Below are positions 11,279-20,242 of a stretch of 64,000 nucleotides of DNA, piece by piece. The translations under genes and the position numbers were made by a program. Every line of letters starts with the position of its first letter. Position 1 is the stretch's first letter. The stretch is from assembly GCA_964499985.1 (NCBI GenBank), contig CAZCMX010000001.1:10916-74915 (forward strand), written 5' to 3'. Source of the stretch: an uncultured Mageeibacillus sp. Lineage in GTDB: Bacteria; Bacillota; Clostridia; Saccharofermentanales; UBA5734. Under the pieces are notes generated by a model. It worked only from the letters and a program-made list of their open reading frames with translations. It had not been told where the DNA came from and did no database searches.

Positions 11279-11506
11279 ATGAAAGAACTGCTCAGCACGA
11301 TCGTGCGACCCCTGGTCAGCGATCCTGACGCGGTCAGCATCAAGCAGGTCGACCGTGGCCATACCATTGTGCTTGAACTGCACGTGGCCCCGACAGACAT
11401 GGGCAAGATCATCGGCAAGCAAGGTCGCCGGGCCCAGGCCATCCGGGCGATTGTCAAGGCACGCGCCGCCCGTCTGGGCAAGCGCGTGATCGTCGATATC
11501 ATCTGA
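11279..11506 (+). CDS. khpA: KH-domain RNA-binding protein (YlqC/KhpA family)
   Basis: 75 aa with the KH GXXG loop MGKIIGKQGRRAQAIR. It occupies the conserved slot between rpsP and rimM. Confidence 0.85.
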   Translation: MKELLSTIVRPLVSDPDAVSIKQVDRGHTIVLELHVAPTDMGKIIGKQGRRAQAIRAIVKARAARLGKRVIVDII

Positions 11507-12057
11507 TGGTCAAGCAGACGACACCCTTGCGCGACATTCTCCATATCGGCCGGATCACTGGAGCCCACGGTCTGCAGGGGGAGCTGAAAATCCACCCGCT
11601 GACGGATGATCCAAAACGGTTTACAGACCTGAAGGATTGTCTGATCGTTTCCGATGATGAAAAAGAACGGGTGCCAGCGAAAGCAGCTGGCGCCCGGTTT
11701 TTCAATGACCAGGTGCTGCTCAGGCTCGAGGGGGTTACAGACCGCACAGCGGCCGAGCACCTCAAGGGCCGCCTGATCAGCGTCACCCGGGAACATGCCG
11801 TGGCCTTGCCACCGGATACCTGGTTCATTTGCGACCTTCTGGGCTGCGAGGTCTTTGACCGCCGCCATGGCCTTCTCGGCCAGCTCAAGGATATCCAGTC
11901 CGGCACAGCCCAGGATGTCTATGTCGTGGCCCAGGCCGGCCAGAAGGACCTGCTGTTTCCAGCCCGCAAAACCATCCTCAGAATGGTTGATCTGGAGGCC
12001 AGGCGAATCGAAGTCGATTTGCCTGACGGACTGTTCGAAATCTACCGGGAAGCCTGA
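11506..12057 (+). CDS. rimM: 16S rRNA processing protein RimM
   Basis: GRITGAHGLQGELKIHPLTDDP N-domain plus a PRC-barrel C-domain, with rpsP-rimM-trmD synteny. Confidence 0.9.
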   Translation: MVKQTTPLRDILHIGRITGAHGLQGELKIHPLTDDPKRFTDLKDCLIVSDDEKERVPAKAAGARFFNDQVLLRLEGVTDRTAAEHLKGRLISVTREHAVALPPDTWFICDLLGCEVFDRRHGLLGQLKDIQSGTAQDVYVVAQAGQKDLLFPARKTILRMVDLEARRIEVDLPDGLFEIYREA

Positions 12058-12066
12058 GAGCGATTC

Positions 12067-12837
12067 ATGGCACTGCGCTTTTCAGTTCTGACCCTTTTCC
12101 CGGAGCTGGTTGAGACGGTTGTCCAGGCCAGCATCACCGGCCGGGCCATCAAAAACGGCCTGATCGAGCTCAATGCGGTCCAGATCCGCGACTTTGCCGT
12201 CAATGCCTATGGCCAGGTGGATGACGCCTTGTACGGTGGCGGCACAGGGATGCTTTTACGCCCCGAACCGGTCTATGCAGCCTGGCTTCATGCCACCGGC
12301 CAGACTGGCCAGGCTGTGCCGGATCACCATCCCCAGGCGGTCCGGACCATCGCCCTGTCCCCCAAAGGCAGGGTTCTCACTCAGGCCGTGGTCGAGGATC
12401 TGGCGGTCTGCCCGCATCTGGTCCTGGTCTGCGGCCATTACGAAGGGATTGACCAGCGTGTCCTTGACTGTGTGGTTGATGAGGAGCTCTCCATCGGCGA
12501 CTATGTCCTGACGGGCGGCGAGATCGCCGCAACGGTGCTGATTGATGCGGTATCCCGTCTGGTGCCAGGGGTTCTGCCAGATCAGGCAGCGCACGAGCAG
12601 GAATCGCATAGTCTGGGCCGCCTTGAGCACCCGCAGTACACCCGGCCGGCCAACTGGCATGGTTATTCTGTTCCAGATGTCCTGATGTCTGGTCATCAAG
12701 CCAAGATCGAACGTTATCAATATCTGGCCAGCTTGCAGGATACCATGCTTAAACGGCCGGATTTATTCAATCAAATGCGGCTTTCTGCAGCTGATTATCA
12801 GGAATTGATCGAATTCACTTGCCAGAACCCCAAGTGA
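12067..12837 (+). CDS. trmD: tRNA (guanine37-N1)-methyltransferase
   Basis: FSVLTLFPE..., HYEGIDQRV and SIGDYVLTGGEIAATVLIDAVSRLVPGVL are SPOUT/TrmD motifs. Confidence 0.95.
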   Translation: MALRFSVLTLFPELVETVVQASITGRAIKNGLIELNAVQIRDFAVNAYGQVDDALYGGGTGMLLRPEPVYAAWLHATGQTGQAVPDHHPQAVRTIALSPKGRVLTQAVVEDLAVCPHLVLVCGHYEGIDQRVLDCVVDEELSIGDYVLTGGEIAATVLIDAVSRLVPGVLPDQAAHEQESHSLGRLEHPQYTRPANWHGYSVPDVLMSGHQAKIERYQYLASLQDTMLKRPDLFNQMRLSAADYQELIEFTCQNPK

Positions 12838-12922
12838 CTGCTATACTTTCAACGGTTATTACGGATGGTCCGCTGCTCAATTGCGTGCATGAACATCCTG
12901 AAAAAGAGAGGAGGAACGCAAT

Positions 12923-13273
12923 ATGAATCTGGTTTCCGTAATTGAAAACGAACAGCTCCGTTCAGACCTGCCGTCAGTTGATATCGGTGATTTCGTCAAA
13001 GTTCACCTGAAGATCAAAGAAGGCAACCGCGAACGTGTCCAGGTCTTCGAAGGCACCATCATTGCCAAGAAGGGCGCTGGCCTGACTGAAACCATGACGG
13101 TTCGCCGCCTGTCTTATGGCGTCGGTGTCGAACGAATTCTGCCCGTCCATTCGCCGAAGATCGACAAGATCGAGATCGTGCGCAAGGGTAAAATCAGAAG
13201 AGCCAAGCTGTACTACCTGCGTGACCGCGTCGGCAAAGCCGCCAAAGTCAAGGAAAAACTGGTCAGCAAGTAA
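12923..13273 (+). CDS. rplS: 50S ribosomal protein L19
   Basis: [30 protein letters not shown]...RRAKLYYLR, with a GAGGAGG Shine-Dalgarno sequence. Confidence 0.97.
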   Translation: MNLVSVIENEQLRSDLPSVDIGDFVKVHLKIKEGNRERVQVFEGTIIAKKGAGLTETMTVRRLSYGVGVERILPVHSPKIDKIEIVRKGKIRRAKLYYLRDRVGKAAKVKEKLVSK

Positions 13274-13293
13274 TTGGATTTCACTTGATCTGG

Positions 13294-13327
13294 AAAGAGG
13301 CCTGTTGCAGGTCTCTTTTCTTTTTCT
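13294..13327 (+). terminator. Rho-independent terminator after rplS
   Basis: An 11-bp stem AAAGAGGCCTG / CAGGTCTCTTT with loop TTG, followed by a T-rich tract. Confidence 0.7.
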
Positions 13328-13390
13328 TATCCTGTCAGTATCCACCGGTTCCAGCTTTGCGGACCGACTCTGTTTCAAGGGAGGACATAC

Positions 13391-14248
13391 ATGGACGTCA
13401 ACTGGTTTCCTGGCCATATGGCCAAAACCTTGCGCGAAATGCGCGACCAGATTAAGCAGGTCGACCTGGTTGTCGAAACCTGCGATGCCCGGATTCCGGA
13501 AAGCAGTCGCAATCCTGAGCTGGACCGTCTCCTGGGCAGCAAGCCGCGGATTCTGGTCCTGAACAAGGCAGACCTGGCGGATCCGGTCCAGACCAGCCGC
13601 TGGCTGGACTATTACCAGAAGGCCCAGATTCCTGTCCTGGCCTGCGAAGGCAATCGCCGTGCCACGTTGGACCCATTACGCAAGCTGATCATCAGCATGA
13701 ATCAGCACAAAATCGACGCGGCCAAGGCCAAGGGGCGCCTGATCCGGCCAATCCGGGTCATGGTGGTCGGTATTCCTAATACGGGCAAATCGACCATCAT
13801 CAATGCGTTGAGTGGCCGGAAGATTGCCGTCACCGCCGACCGGCCGGGGGTGACCCGTCAGGCCAACTGGTCCAAAGCCGGCACGGAGCTGGAGCTGCTC
13901 GATACACCAGGGGTGCTCTGGCCGAAGCTGGGCAGCCCCTCCAGCCAGCGCCGCCTGGCAGCCAGCGGCGCGATCAAGGATGATGTCCTGCCGATCGAGG
14001 AGATCGCCATGGAGGTCCTGCATGACCTGTGCCAGGACTATCCGCAGCTGATCCAGGACCGCTACAAGCTCGAGCAGCTGGAAGGCGAACCCCTCCAGCT
14101 CATGGAAACGGCTTGCCGCCGCCGTGGCTGCCTGCTGCCGGGCAACAGGCCGGACTATACCCGGTTCGCCGTGCTGTTCCTCGACGAACTCAGGGCCGGT
14201 AAAATTGGCCGGATCACGCTGGAACGACCAGCTGCCGGCAGTTATTGA
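13391..14248 (+). CDS. rbgA: Ribosome biogenesis GTPase A (YlqF/RbgA)
   Basis: Circularly permuted GTPase motifs: WFPGHMAK, LNKADLAD, GIPNTGKSTIINAL and DTPGVLWPK. Confidence 0.93.
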   Translation: MDVNWFPGHMAKTLREMRDQIKQVDLVVETCDARIPESSRNPELDRLLGSKPRILVLNKADLADPVQTSRWLDYYQKAQIPVLACEGNRRATLDPLRKLIISMNQHKIDAAKAKGRLIRPIRVMVVGIPNTGKSTIINALSGRKIAVTADRPGVTRQANWSKAGTELELLDTPGVLWPKLGSPSSQRRLAASGAIKDDVLPIEEIAMEVLHDLCQDYPQLIQDRYKLEQLEGEPLQLMETACRRRGCLLPGNRPDYTRFAVLFLDELRAGKIGRITLERPAAGSY

Positions 14249-14263
14249 GCAGGAGCAAGGCCC

Positions 14264-14905
14264 ATGGTGAAGATCAGCGAGCAGGACAGATATATCCTGC
14301 TGGACCACTATGAACAAAAAGCCCGTACCGAAGGGTTTCGTGCCATTGCCGGGGTCGACGAGGCCGGGCGCGGACCTCTGGCCGGGCCAGTTGCGGCAGC
14401 GGCAGTCATCCTGGATCCGGCCCGGCCGATCCTGGGCCTGAATGATTCGAAAAAACTCAGCGAAGCGAAACGGGAAGCTCTGTATGACCAGATCGTGGAC
14501 CGGGCCCTGGCCTGGTCGGTCATTCTGGTTGATGCCCAGGAAATCGACCGGATCAATATCCTGCAGGCGACGAAAAAGGCCATGCGCAAGGCCGTCACCA
14601 GTCTGGCCATCGAACCAGATCTGCTGCTTGTCGATGCCGTTGCCCTGGACCAGGTTCCGGGAACAGTCTGGCCCATTGTCAAAGGCGATGCCCAATCGAA
14701 TTCAATCGCGGCCGCTTCGATCCTGGCCAAGGTGACCCGGGACCGTCTGATGCAAGAGCTGGACCACATGTATCCGGACTATGGACTGGCCCAGCATAAA
14801 GGCTATGGAACGGCTTTGCATTATGCGGCTTTGCGGCAATTGGGCCTGACCCCCATCCATCGCCGTTCGTTCTTAAGAAACCTTTCCGAGCATGAGCGCC
14901 TTTGA
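14264..14905 (+). CDS. rnhB: Ribonuclease HII
   Basis: [14 protein letters not shown] and NDSKKL motifs, with a C-terminal HRRSF. Confidence 0.94.
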   Translation: MVKISEQDRYILLDHYEQKARTEGFRAIAGVDEAGRGPLAGPVAAAAVILDPARPILGLNDSKKLSEAKREALYDQIVDRALAWSVILVDAQEIDRINILQATKKAMRKAVTSLAIEPDLLLVDAVALDQVPGTVWPIVKGDAQSNSIAAASILAKVTRDRLMQELDHMYPDYGLAQHKGYGTALHYAALRQLGLTPIHRRSFLRNLSEHERL

Positions 14906-15311
14906 TGCCGGACAAAACCTGGATCCAGGCCGCCCCAGTTCTGGCAGGCGAGGTCCGGAAAAGACAAGGGGCGATGCCGGTGAGCTGGCGGTCGCCCGTT
15001 ATCTTGAAGCCCATGGCTTTGTCTTGCTGGTCCACCAGTATGCCGTTCCCCGGCTCGGTGAAATCGACCTGGTGATGCAAAAAGGCGGCTGTCTGTATTT
15101 CATCGAAGTCAAGGCGAGATCGGGCCCCGAATCCTTTGGCAGCGGTCTCGAGCAGATCACCCGCGACAAAATCAGGAAAATCAGGAAAACCGCGCTGGCT
15201 TATTGCCAAAGCACGGGCAATATGAATACTGAGACAAGGATTCTTGCAGCAGAGGTGCGACTGCAAAATGGTCTGCCGACTGGAAATATCCGGATTGTAC
15301 CGATAACATAG
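14892..15311 (+). CDS. yraN: YraN-family endonuclease-like protein (UPF0102)
   Basis: [14 protein letters not shown]...[22 protein letters not shown] is a PD-(D/E)XK-like YraN signature. It overlaps rnhB by 14 nt. Confidence 0.85.
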   Translation: MSAFDAGQNLDPGRPSSGRRGPEKTRGDAGELAVARYLEAHGFVLLVHQYAVPRLGEIDLVMQKGGCLYFIEVKARSGPESFGSGLEQITRDKIRKIRKTALAYCQSTGNMNTETRILAAEVRLQNGLPTGNIRIVPIT

Positions 15312-15345
15312 CGCAAAAACCAGCATTATTCGTCTAAAATACGAC

Positions 15346-15374
15346 TTGTTCCGGCAATTGGGATCCTTTATAAT
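15346..15374 (+). promoter_or_regulatory. Putative sigma-A promoter for the aminotransferase-purB unit
   Basis: TTGTTC, a 17-nt spacer, then a consensus TATAAT, about 40 nt upstream of the ATG. Confidence 0.45.
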
Positions 15375-15413
15375 AAAGCGGCAATCGCGTCGTTTGTGCA
15401 AGGAGGATACAAC

Positions 15414-16694
15414 ATGCTTTCATATTCCAAGATGAACCATCAGCAACTCGCAGAGGAACTGAAAGTTCAGGAAAACCGTTACCAGGCTTTTGCCGATCTC
15501 AAACTCAAGCTCAATATGACGCGGGGAAAACCCTGTTCCGAACAGCTTGACCTGGCCAATGGCCTGCAGACGGCACTCTCGGAAAAGGACTTCAAGGCCC
15601 AGGATGGCACCGACTGCCGCAATTATGGTGGCCTGGAAGGTATTCCGGAAGCCCGCCAGCTATTTGCCGACCTGCTCGGTGTCTCGGCCAGCCAGATTCT
15701 GGTCCTGGGCAATTCCAGTCTCAATCTGATGTATGACACCATGGCCCGGGCCATGCTGTTCGCCTTGCCTGGTGCCAGCCGCCCCTGGTGCAAGGAAGAA
15801 ACCGTCAAATTCCTCTGCCCGGTTCCGGGCTATGACCGCCATTTTGCCGTGACGCAGTCGCTGGGGATCGAGATGATTCCCGTCCCGCTGACTGCCGAGG
15901 GTCCGGATATGGATCTGGTCGAATCCCTCGTCGCTGCAGATGCTTCGATCAAGGGCATGTGGTCCGTACCGGTCTACAGCAATCCGGATGGCTATACCTA
16001 TTCCGAAACGACCTGCCGCCGTCTGGCTGAGATGAAGACTGCCGCCCCGGATTTCCGGATCTGGTGGGACAATGCCTATGTGGTCCACCATTTGTTTGCC
16101 GATGACCGTGACAGTGTGCCGGATATCCTGGATTTGTGTGACCTGGCCGGTCATCCTGACCGCGTCTTCGAATTCGCCTCGACATCGAAAATCACTCAGG
16201 CCGGCGCCGGCCTGGCCTGTCTGGCGACCAGTCCGGCCAACCTCGGCTGGTTCAAAAAGCAGCTGACGATCCAGACCATTGGCCCTGACAAGATGAACCA
16301 GCTGCGCCATGTCCGCTATATCGCGGCCTCTGGCGGCATCGAGGCCATCATGGATCGTCATGCCGAGATCCTGCGGCCGAAATTTGAGCTGGTGCTGGAA
16401 CGGCTCGACGAAGAGCTGGCCTCTACCGGCCTGTGCACCTGGAAACGGCCCAAGGGCGGTTATTTCGTCAGCGTCAATGTTCCAGCCGGCACAGCCAATG
16501 AAGTCGTTCGCCTGGCCAAGGAATGCGGGGTTGAGCTGACGCCTGCCGGCGCCACCTATCCCTATGGCAAGGACCCGCAGGACAGCAATATCCGCCTGGC
16601 CCCGTCATTTCCGCCGATGTCCGAGCTGCGCCCGGCGATGGAAATTTTCTGCACCTGTGTTAAACTGGCAGCGATACGCCAATTGCTGGCCTGA
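15414..16694 (+). CDS. PLP-dependent aminotransferase (fold type I; aspartate-aminotransferase-like family)
   Basis: 426 aa. The N-terminal LNMTRGKPCSEQLDL and the central STSKITQAGAGL (candidate PLP lysine) resemble the class I/II aminotransferase group annotated as putative aspartate aminotransferases. The start was set to ATG 15414 behind AGGAGG. The substrate cannot be determined from sequence. Confidence 0.7.
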   Translation: MLSYSKMNHQQLAEELKVQENRYQAFADLKLKLNMTRGKPCSEQLDLANGLQTALSEKDFKAQDGTDCRNYGGLEGIPEARQLFADLLGVSASQILVLGNSSLNLMYDTMARAMLFALPGASRPWCKEETVKFLCPVPGYDRHFAVTQSLGIEMIPVPLTAEGPDMDLVESLVAADASIKGMWSVPVYSNPDGYTYSETTCRRLAEMKTAAPDFRIWWDNAYVVHHLFADDRDSVPDILDLCDLAGHPDRVFEFASTSKITQAGAGLACLATSPANLGWFKKQLTIQTIGPDKMNQLRHVRYIAASGGIEAIMDRHAEILRPKFELVLERLDEELASTGLCTWKRPKGGYFVSVNVPAGTANEVVRLAKECGVELTPAGATYPYGKDPQDSNIRLAPSFPPMSELRPAMEIFCTCVKLAAIRQLLA

Positions 16695-16747
16695 GTCCTG
16701 ACACTCGGTCCAGCCGTTTCAGGAACACGGTGCAAGGAGACCCATTC

Positions 16748-18181
16748 ATGAAAAACAGCTACGAAAGTCCGTTTAATTCACGCTATGCCAGTGAGCAGAT
16801 GCAGGCCATTTTTTCGCCGGACATGAAATTCAGGACCTGGCGCAAGCTTTGGGTCGCTCTGGCCGAGGCTGAACAGGCCCTGGGATTGCCAATCACGGAT
16901 GATCAGATTGCTGAGCTCAGGGCACATCAGGACAATATCAACTATGATGTGGCCGCCAGGGAAGAGGCACTGGTCCGCCACGATGTCATGGCCCATGTCC
17001 ATGCCTATGGCGAGCAATGCCCACTGGCCAAGGGGATCATCCACCTCGGCGCCACCTCCTGTTATGTCGGTGACAATACGGATTTGATCATCATGGCACA
17101 AGCCTTGAAGCTGGTCCGGAAAAAACTGGTCGCAGTCATCGGGCAGCTTGCCCGGTTTGCCGATGAATACAAAGCCTTGCCCACCTTGGGCTTCACGCAT
17201 TTCCAGCCCGCCCAGCTGGTCACCGTCGGCAAGCGGGCCACGCTCTGGATCGCGGAGCTGGTTTCGGATCTCGAAGACCTCGATTATGTGGCCGCATCGC
17301 TCCGTCTTCTGGGCAGCAAGGGGACCACGGGCACCCAGGCCAGCTTCATGAGCCTGTTTGACAATGACCAGGACAAGGTCCGGCAGATCGATGACCTGAT
17401 TGCTGCCAAATTCGGATTTTCAGGGGTCTATCCGGTCAGTGGCCAGACCTATTCCCGCAAAGTCGATGCCCGGGTGGTCAATGTCCTGGCTGGCATTGCC
17501 CAGACCGCCCACAAATTTTCCAATGACATCCGCTTGCTCCAGCATCTGAAGGAAATCGAAGAGCCCTTTGAAAAGAACCAGATCGGCTCTTCGGCCATGG
17601 CCTATAAACGCAATCCCATGCGCAGCGAACGCATGGCGGCCCTGGCCCGCTATGTCATTGTCAATGCTGCCAATCCGGCCCTGACGGCAGCCGAGCAATG
17701 GTTTGAACGCACCCTCGATGACTCTGCCAATAAGCGCATTGCGATCCCTGAGGCTTTCCTGGCCATCGATGCCATCCTGATGCTGATGCAGAATGTTTCC
17801 AGCGGCCTGGTTGTCTATCCGGCCGTGATTGCCCGCCATATCCGGGACGAATTGCCCTTCATGGCGACCGAAAACATCATGATGGAGGCCGTCAAGCGGG
17901 GCGGCGACCGTCAGGAGCTGCATGAGAAAATCCGCCAGCACAGCATGGCTGCCGGAGCCAGAGTCAAGCAGGACGGAGCGGCCAATGACCTTCTCGAGCG
18001 GATTGCTGCCGATCCGGCTTTCGGTCTGGACCAGGCCGAGCTCGACCAGCTGCTGGATGCTGAGCTGTATATCGGCCGCAGCCCGGACCAGGTCAGCGAT
18101 TTCCTGGGGACGGTCGTCCAGCCGATCCTCGCGGCCCAGTCCGATGACCTGAGCGCCGTGTCCTTTGAACTGAAGGTCTGA
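16748..18181 (+). CDS. purB: Adenylosuccinate lyase
   Basis: Fumarate-lyase superfamily signature GSSAMAYKRNPMRSE, with the YESPFNSRYAS N-terminus typical of PurB. The start was set to ATG 16748 behind AGGAGA. Confidence 0.93.
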   Translation: MKNSYESPFNSRYASEQMQAIFSPDMKFRTWRKLWVALAEAEQALGLPITDDQIAELRAHQDNINYDVAAREEALVRHDVMAHVHAYGEQCPLAKGIIHLGATSCYVGDNTDLIIMAQALKLVRKKLVAVIGQLARFADEYKALPTLGFTHFQPAQLVTVGKRATLWIAELVSDLEDLDYVAASLRLLGSKGTTGTQASFMSLFDNDQDKVRQIDDLIAAKFGFSGVYPVSGQTYSRKVDARVVNVLAGIAQTAHKFSNDIRLLQHLKEIEEPFEKNQIGSSAMAYKRNPMRSERMAALARYVIVNAANPALTAAEQWFERTLDDSANKRIAIPEAFLAIDAILMLMQNVSSGLVVYPAVIARHIRDELPFMATENIMMEAVKRGGDRQELHEKIRQHSMAAGARVKQDGAANDLLERIAADPAFGLDQAELDQLLDAELYIGRSPDQVSDFLGTVVQPILAAQSDDLSAVSFELKV

Positions 18182-18250
18182 CGGCCTGGCAGCGCCGTCT
18201 GGAGCGGCAGCCTTCGCATTGAACCAGAACCAATTTTCATGCTAAGATGT

Positions 18251-18288
18251 AAAGACAGGCAAACGTCCCGCTTGCCTGTCTTTATTTT
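18251..18288 (+). terminator. Rho-independent terminator after purB
   Basis: A perfect 12-bp stem AAAGACAGGCAA / TTGCCTGTCTTT with a 9-nt loop, followed by ATTTT. Confidence 0.7.
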
Positions 18289-18306
18289 GAAAGGACAGCT
18301 GGTGTG

Positions 18307-19047
18307 ATGAAACTGGACAAACGCAGCAATATCCCCTTGTATGCCCAATTAAAGGACCTGATCCTCGAGCGGATCGCCCATGGTCAATATCCGGCCGGAA
18401 CACAAATACCATCTGAACTGGCCCTGTGCGAAGAGCTGGCCCTCAGTCGGCCCACGGTTCGCCAGGCGATTGCCGAGCTGGTTTCCGAAGGGACACTGGT
18501 GATCCAGAAGGGCAAGGGCACCTTTGTTGCCGCCGAGCCGGAGCGCCTGGAAATCCGGCAGTTTTCCCCCTTTTCGTATTCCTTGCTGGCGGCCCGCAGC
18601 CTTGCTGATTATGCCTTCCAGATGATCGAACGGATCCCGGCCGATGAAGAGACCCTGCGTCTGTTCGAGGGCGCCTCAGCCAGCGGCAGCCCGGGCTATT
18701 GGTCCCTGTCCTGGCCGATCCTGATCCATGGCCAGGAGATCGGTCTGGGCCACTCACTGATCCCCGTCAGCCTGTTCCCGGATTTTGGCGATCAGGTCCA
18801 GTCTGGCAAATCGATGATTGATATCCTGGCCAATAAATACGCCTATCTGCCCAGCAAGGGTAATTGTCAGCTGGTGGTCCGGGCTGCGACCCAGGCCGAG
18901 GCACTGGCTCTGGATATCAGCCGCCGTTCGCCGGTGCTTTCCGCGACCAGCCGCCTGACGTCCAGAAGCGGCCATGTCTGTGAATGGCTCGAACTGGTCT
19001 GGCGGCCGGACTGCGTGACCCTGGGGCTGGAAGCAGGGAGGACCTGA
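18307..19047 (+). CDS. GntR-family transcriptional regulator (HutC-like, UTRA effector domain)
   Basis: N-terminal winged helix-turn-helix PLYAQLKDLILERIAHGQYPAGTQIPSELALCEELALSRPTVRQAIAELVSEGTLVIQKGKGTFV, with a C-terminal region of about 170 aa of UTRA size. Confidence 0.85.
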   Translation: MKLDKRSNIPLYAQLKDLILERIAHGQYPAGTQIPSELALCEELALSRPTVRQAIAELVSEGTLVIQKGKGTFVAAEPERLEIRQFSPFSYSLLAARSLADYAFQMIERIPADEETLRLFEGASASGSPGYWSLSWPILIHGQEIGLGHSLIPVSLFPDFGDQVQSGKSMIDILANKYAYLPSKGNCQLVVRAATQAEALALDISRRSPVLSATSRLTSRSGHVCEWLELVWRPDCVTLGLEAGRT

Positions 19048-19048
19048 A

Positions 19049-20191
19049 TTGGCCACCATCTATCTCGATCATAGTGCCACCACCTGGCCTTCCGACCAGA
19101 CCATTGCCGAATATGCCAGAGACCTGAGCCTGTTTTCTGCCAATCCCGCGTCATTGCACCGGCCCGGCCAAAAGGCCGCCCGCCTGGTCCGGGACGCCAA
19201 GATCTCCCTGGCCCGTTCCATGGGCTGCCGGCCCGATGAGGTCATCCTGACATCAGGTGGTTCCGAATCGATCAATATGGCTCTGAAAGGCTATGTCGCG
19301 GCAAATCCCCGGCGGGGCCGCACCATCATCAGCCTGGCCGGTGAACATGCTGCCACCCGCGAAGCCCTGGCATTCCTGGAGAAGCAGGGCTATACCGTGC
19401 GAACGGTTGGCTTGCAGGCGGATGGCCAGGCAGACTGGGAACAGCTGGCGGCAGCGATCGATGCGGATACCGTCCTGATCACCGTTTTGCTGGTCAATAA
19501 TGAGACCGGCGTTATCCAGTCCCTGGACCGGATCGTCGAGATCCGCAACCGCCTGCGGCCACTGGCGGCCATCCATGTGGACGGCGTCCAGGCCTGCGGC
19601 AAGCATGAGGTCCAGTTCAGCCAGCTGGGGATCGAACTGCTTTCCGGCAGCGGCCATAAGTTCGGCACCCCCAAAGGCATCGGTTTTCTCGTGGTGAAAA
19701 GGGGCTTGCCCATCCAGCCCCTGATCCATGGCGGCGGACAGCAGCAGGGGCTGAGGGGCGGGACGGAAAATGCGCCACTGGCAGCGGCGATGGCACGCTG
19801 TCTCGAGCGCTCGGTCAGCCAATTGAGCGCGACGAAAAACCATTGCCAGGATTTGCAGTCCATATTGCTCAGCGAGCTGCAGCGACTGGGCGTCGCCTTC
19901 AGCCGGATCTCGCCACCTGAGGCCATCCCCCAGATCCTGTCCCTGGCATTCCCGGGCCTGAGAGGGGAGACCTTGCAGCATGCGCTGGAGGAGGACGAGA
20001 TCTATGTGTCCACGGGATCCGCCTGTTCCTCGCATAAGAAGGGCCCATCCGAGGTTTTGCTGGCCATGGGCATTCCCCGGAAAACAGCAGAATGTACGAT
20101 CCGGATCAGCTTGTCTGACAGCAATACCCGCGAGGAAATGACACTGACCGCACAGTCCATTGCCAGAGCCTGCCAGAAATACCGGCGCTGA
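19049..20191 (+). CDS. Cysteine desulfurase (class V aminotransferase; NifZ/IscS-like partner of ThiI)
   Basis: IYLDHSATT N-terminus, PLP lysine motif SGHKFGTPKGIGFL and active-site Cys loop STGSACSS. A TTG start lies 2 nt after the GntR stop, and the gene sits immediately upstream of thiI. Confidence 0.88.
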   Translation: MATIYLDHSATTWPSDQTIAEYARDLSLFSANPASLHRPGQKAARLVRDAKISLARSMGCRPDEVILTSGGSESINMALKGYVAANPRRGRTIISLAGEHAATREALAFLEKQGYTVRTVGLQADGQADWEQLAAAIDADTVLITVLLVNNETGVIQSLDRIVEIRNRLRPLAAIHVDGVQACGKHEVQFSQLGIELLSGSGHKFGTPKGIGFLVVKRGLPIQPLIHGGGQQQGLRGGTENAPLAAAMARCLERSVSQLSATKNHCQDLQSILLSELQRLGVAFSRISPPEAIPQILSLAFPGLRGETLQHALEEDEIYVSTGSACSSHKKGPSEVLLAMGIPRKTAECTIRISLSDSNTREEMTLTAQSIARACQKYRR

Positions 20192-20242
20192 GACTCATCG
20201 TGCATCAGTGCCAGAACCAAATCATGAAAATCAGAGGAAATC

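Noticed and set aside
12838-12922. A possible L19 (rplS) autoregulatory leader RNA upstream of rplS.
   Set aside because: The spacer is only 85 nt. I could not identify the conserved helices of the Firmicutes L19 leader by eye. A covariance-model scan would be needed, so no feature is claimed.
13676-14695. Long antisense ORFs opposite well-supported genes. Examples are 13676-14695 (339 aa, opposite rbgA/rnhB), 23979-25082 (367 aa, opposite rarA), 55449-56570 (373 aa, opposite pyrC), 58863-59972 (369 aa, opposite murD), 50399-51469 and 53339-54241 (opposite pyrK/carB), and 26127-26909 (opposite nifS/nifU).
   Set aside because: They are typical stop-codon-poor shadow frames of GC-rich coding DNA. 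Their translations are low-complexity (R/G/A/P/D-rich) with no motifs. The opposite strand carries unambiguous conserved proteins in every case.
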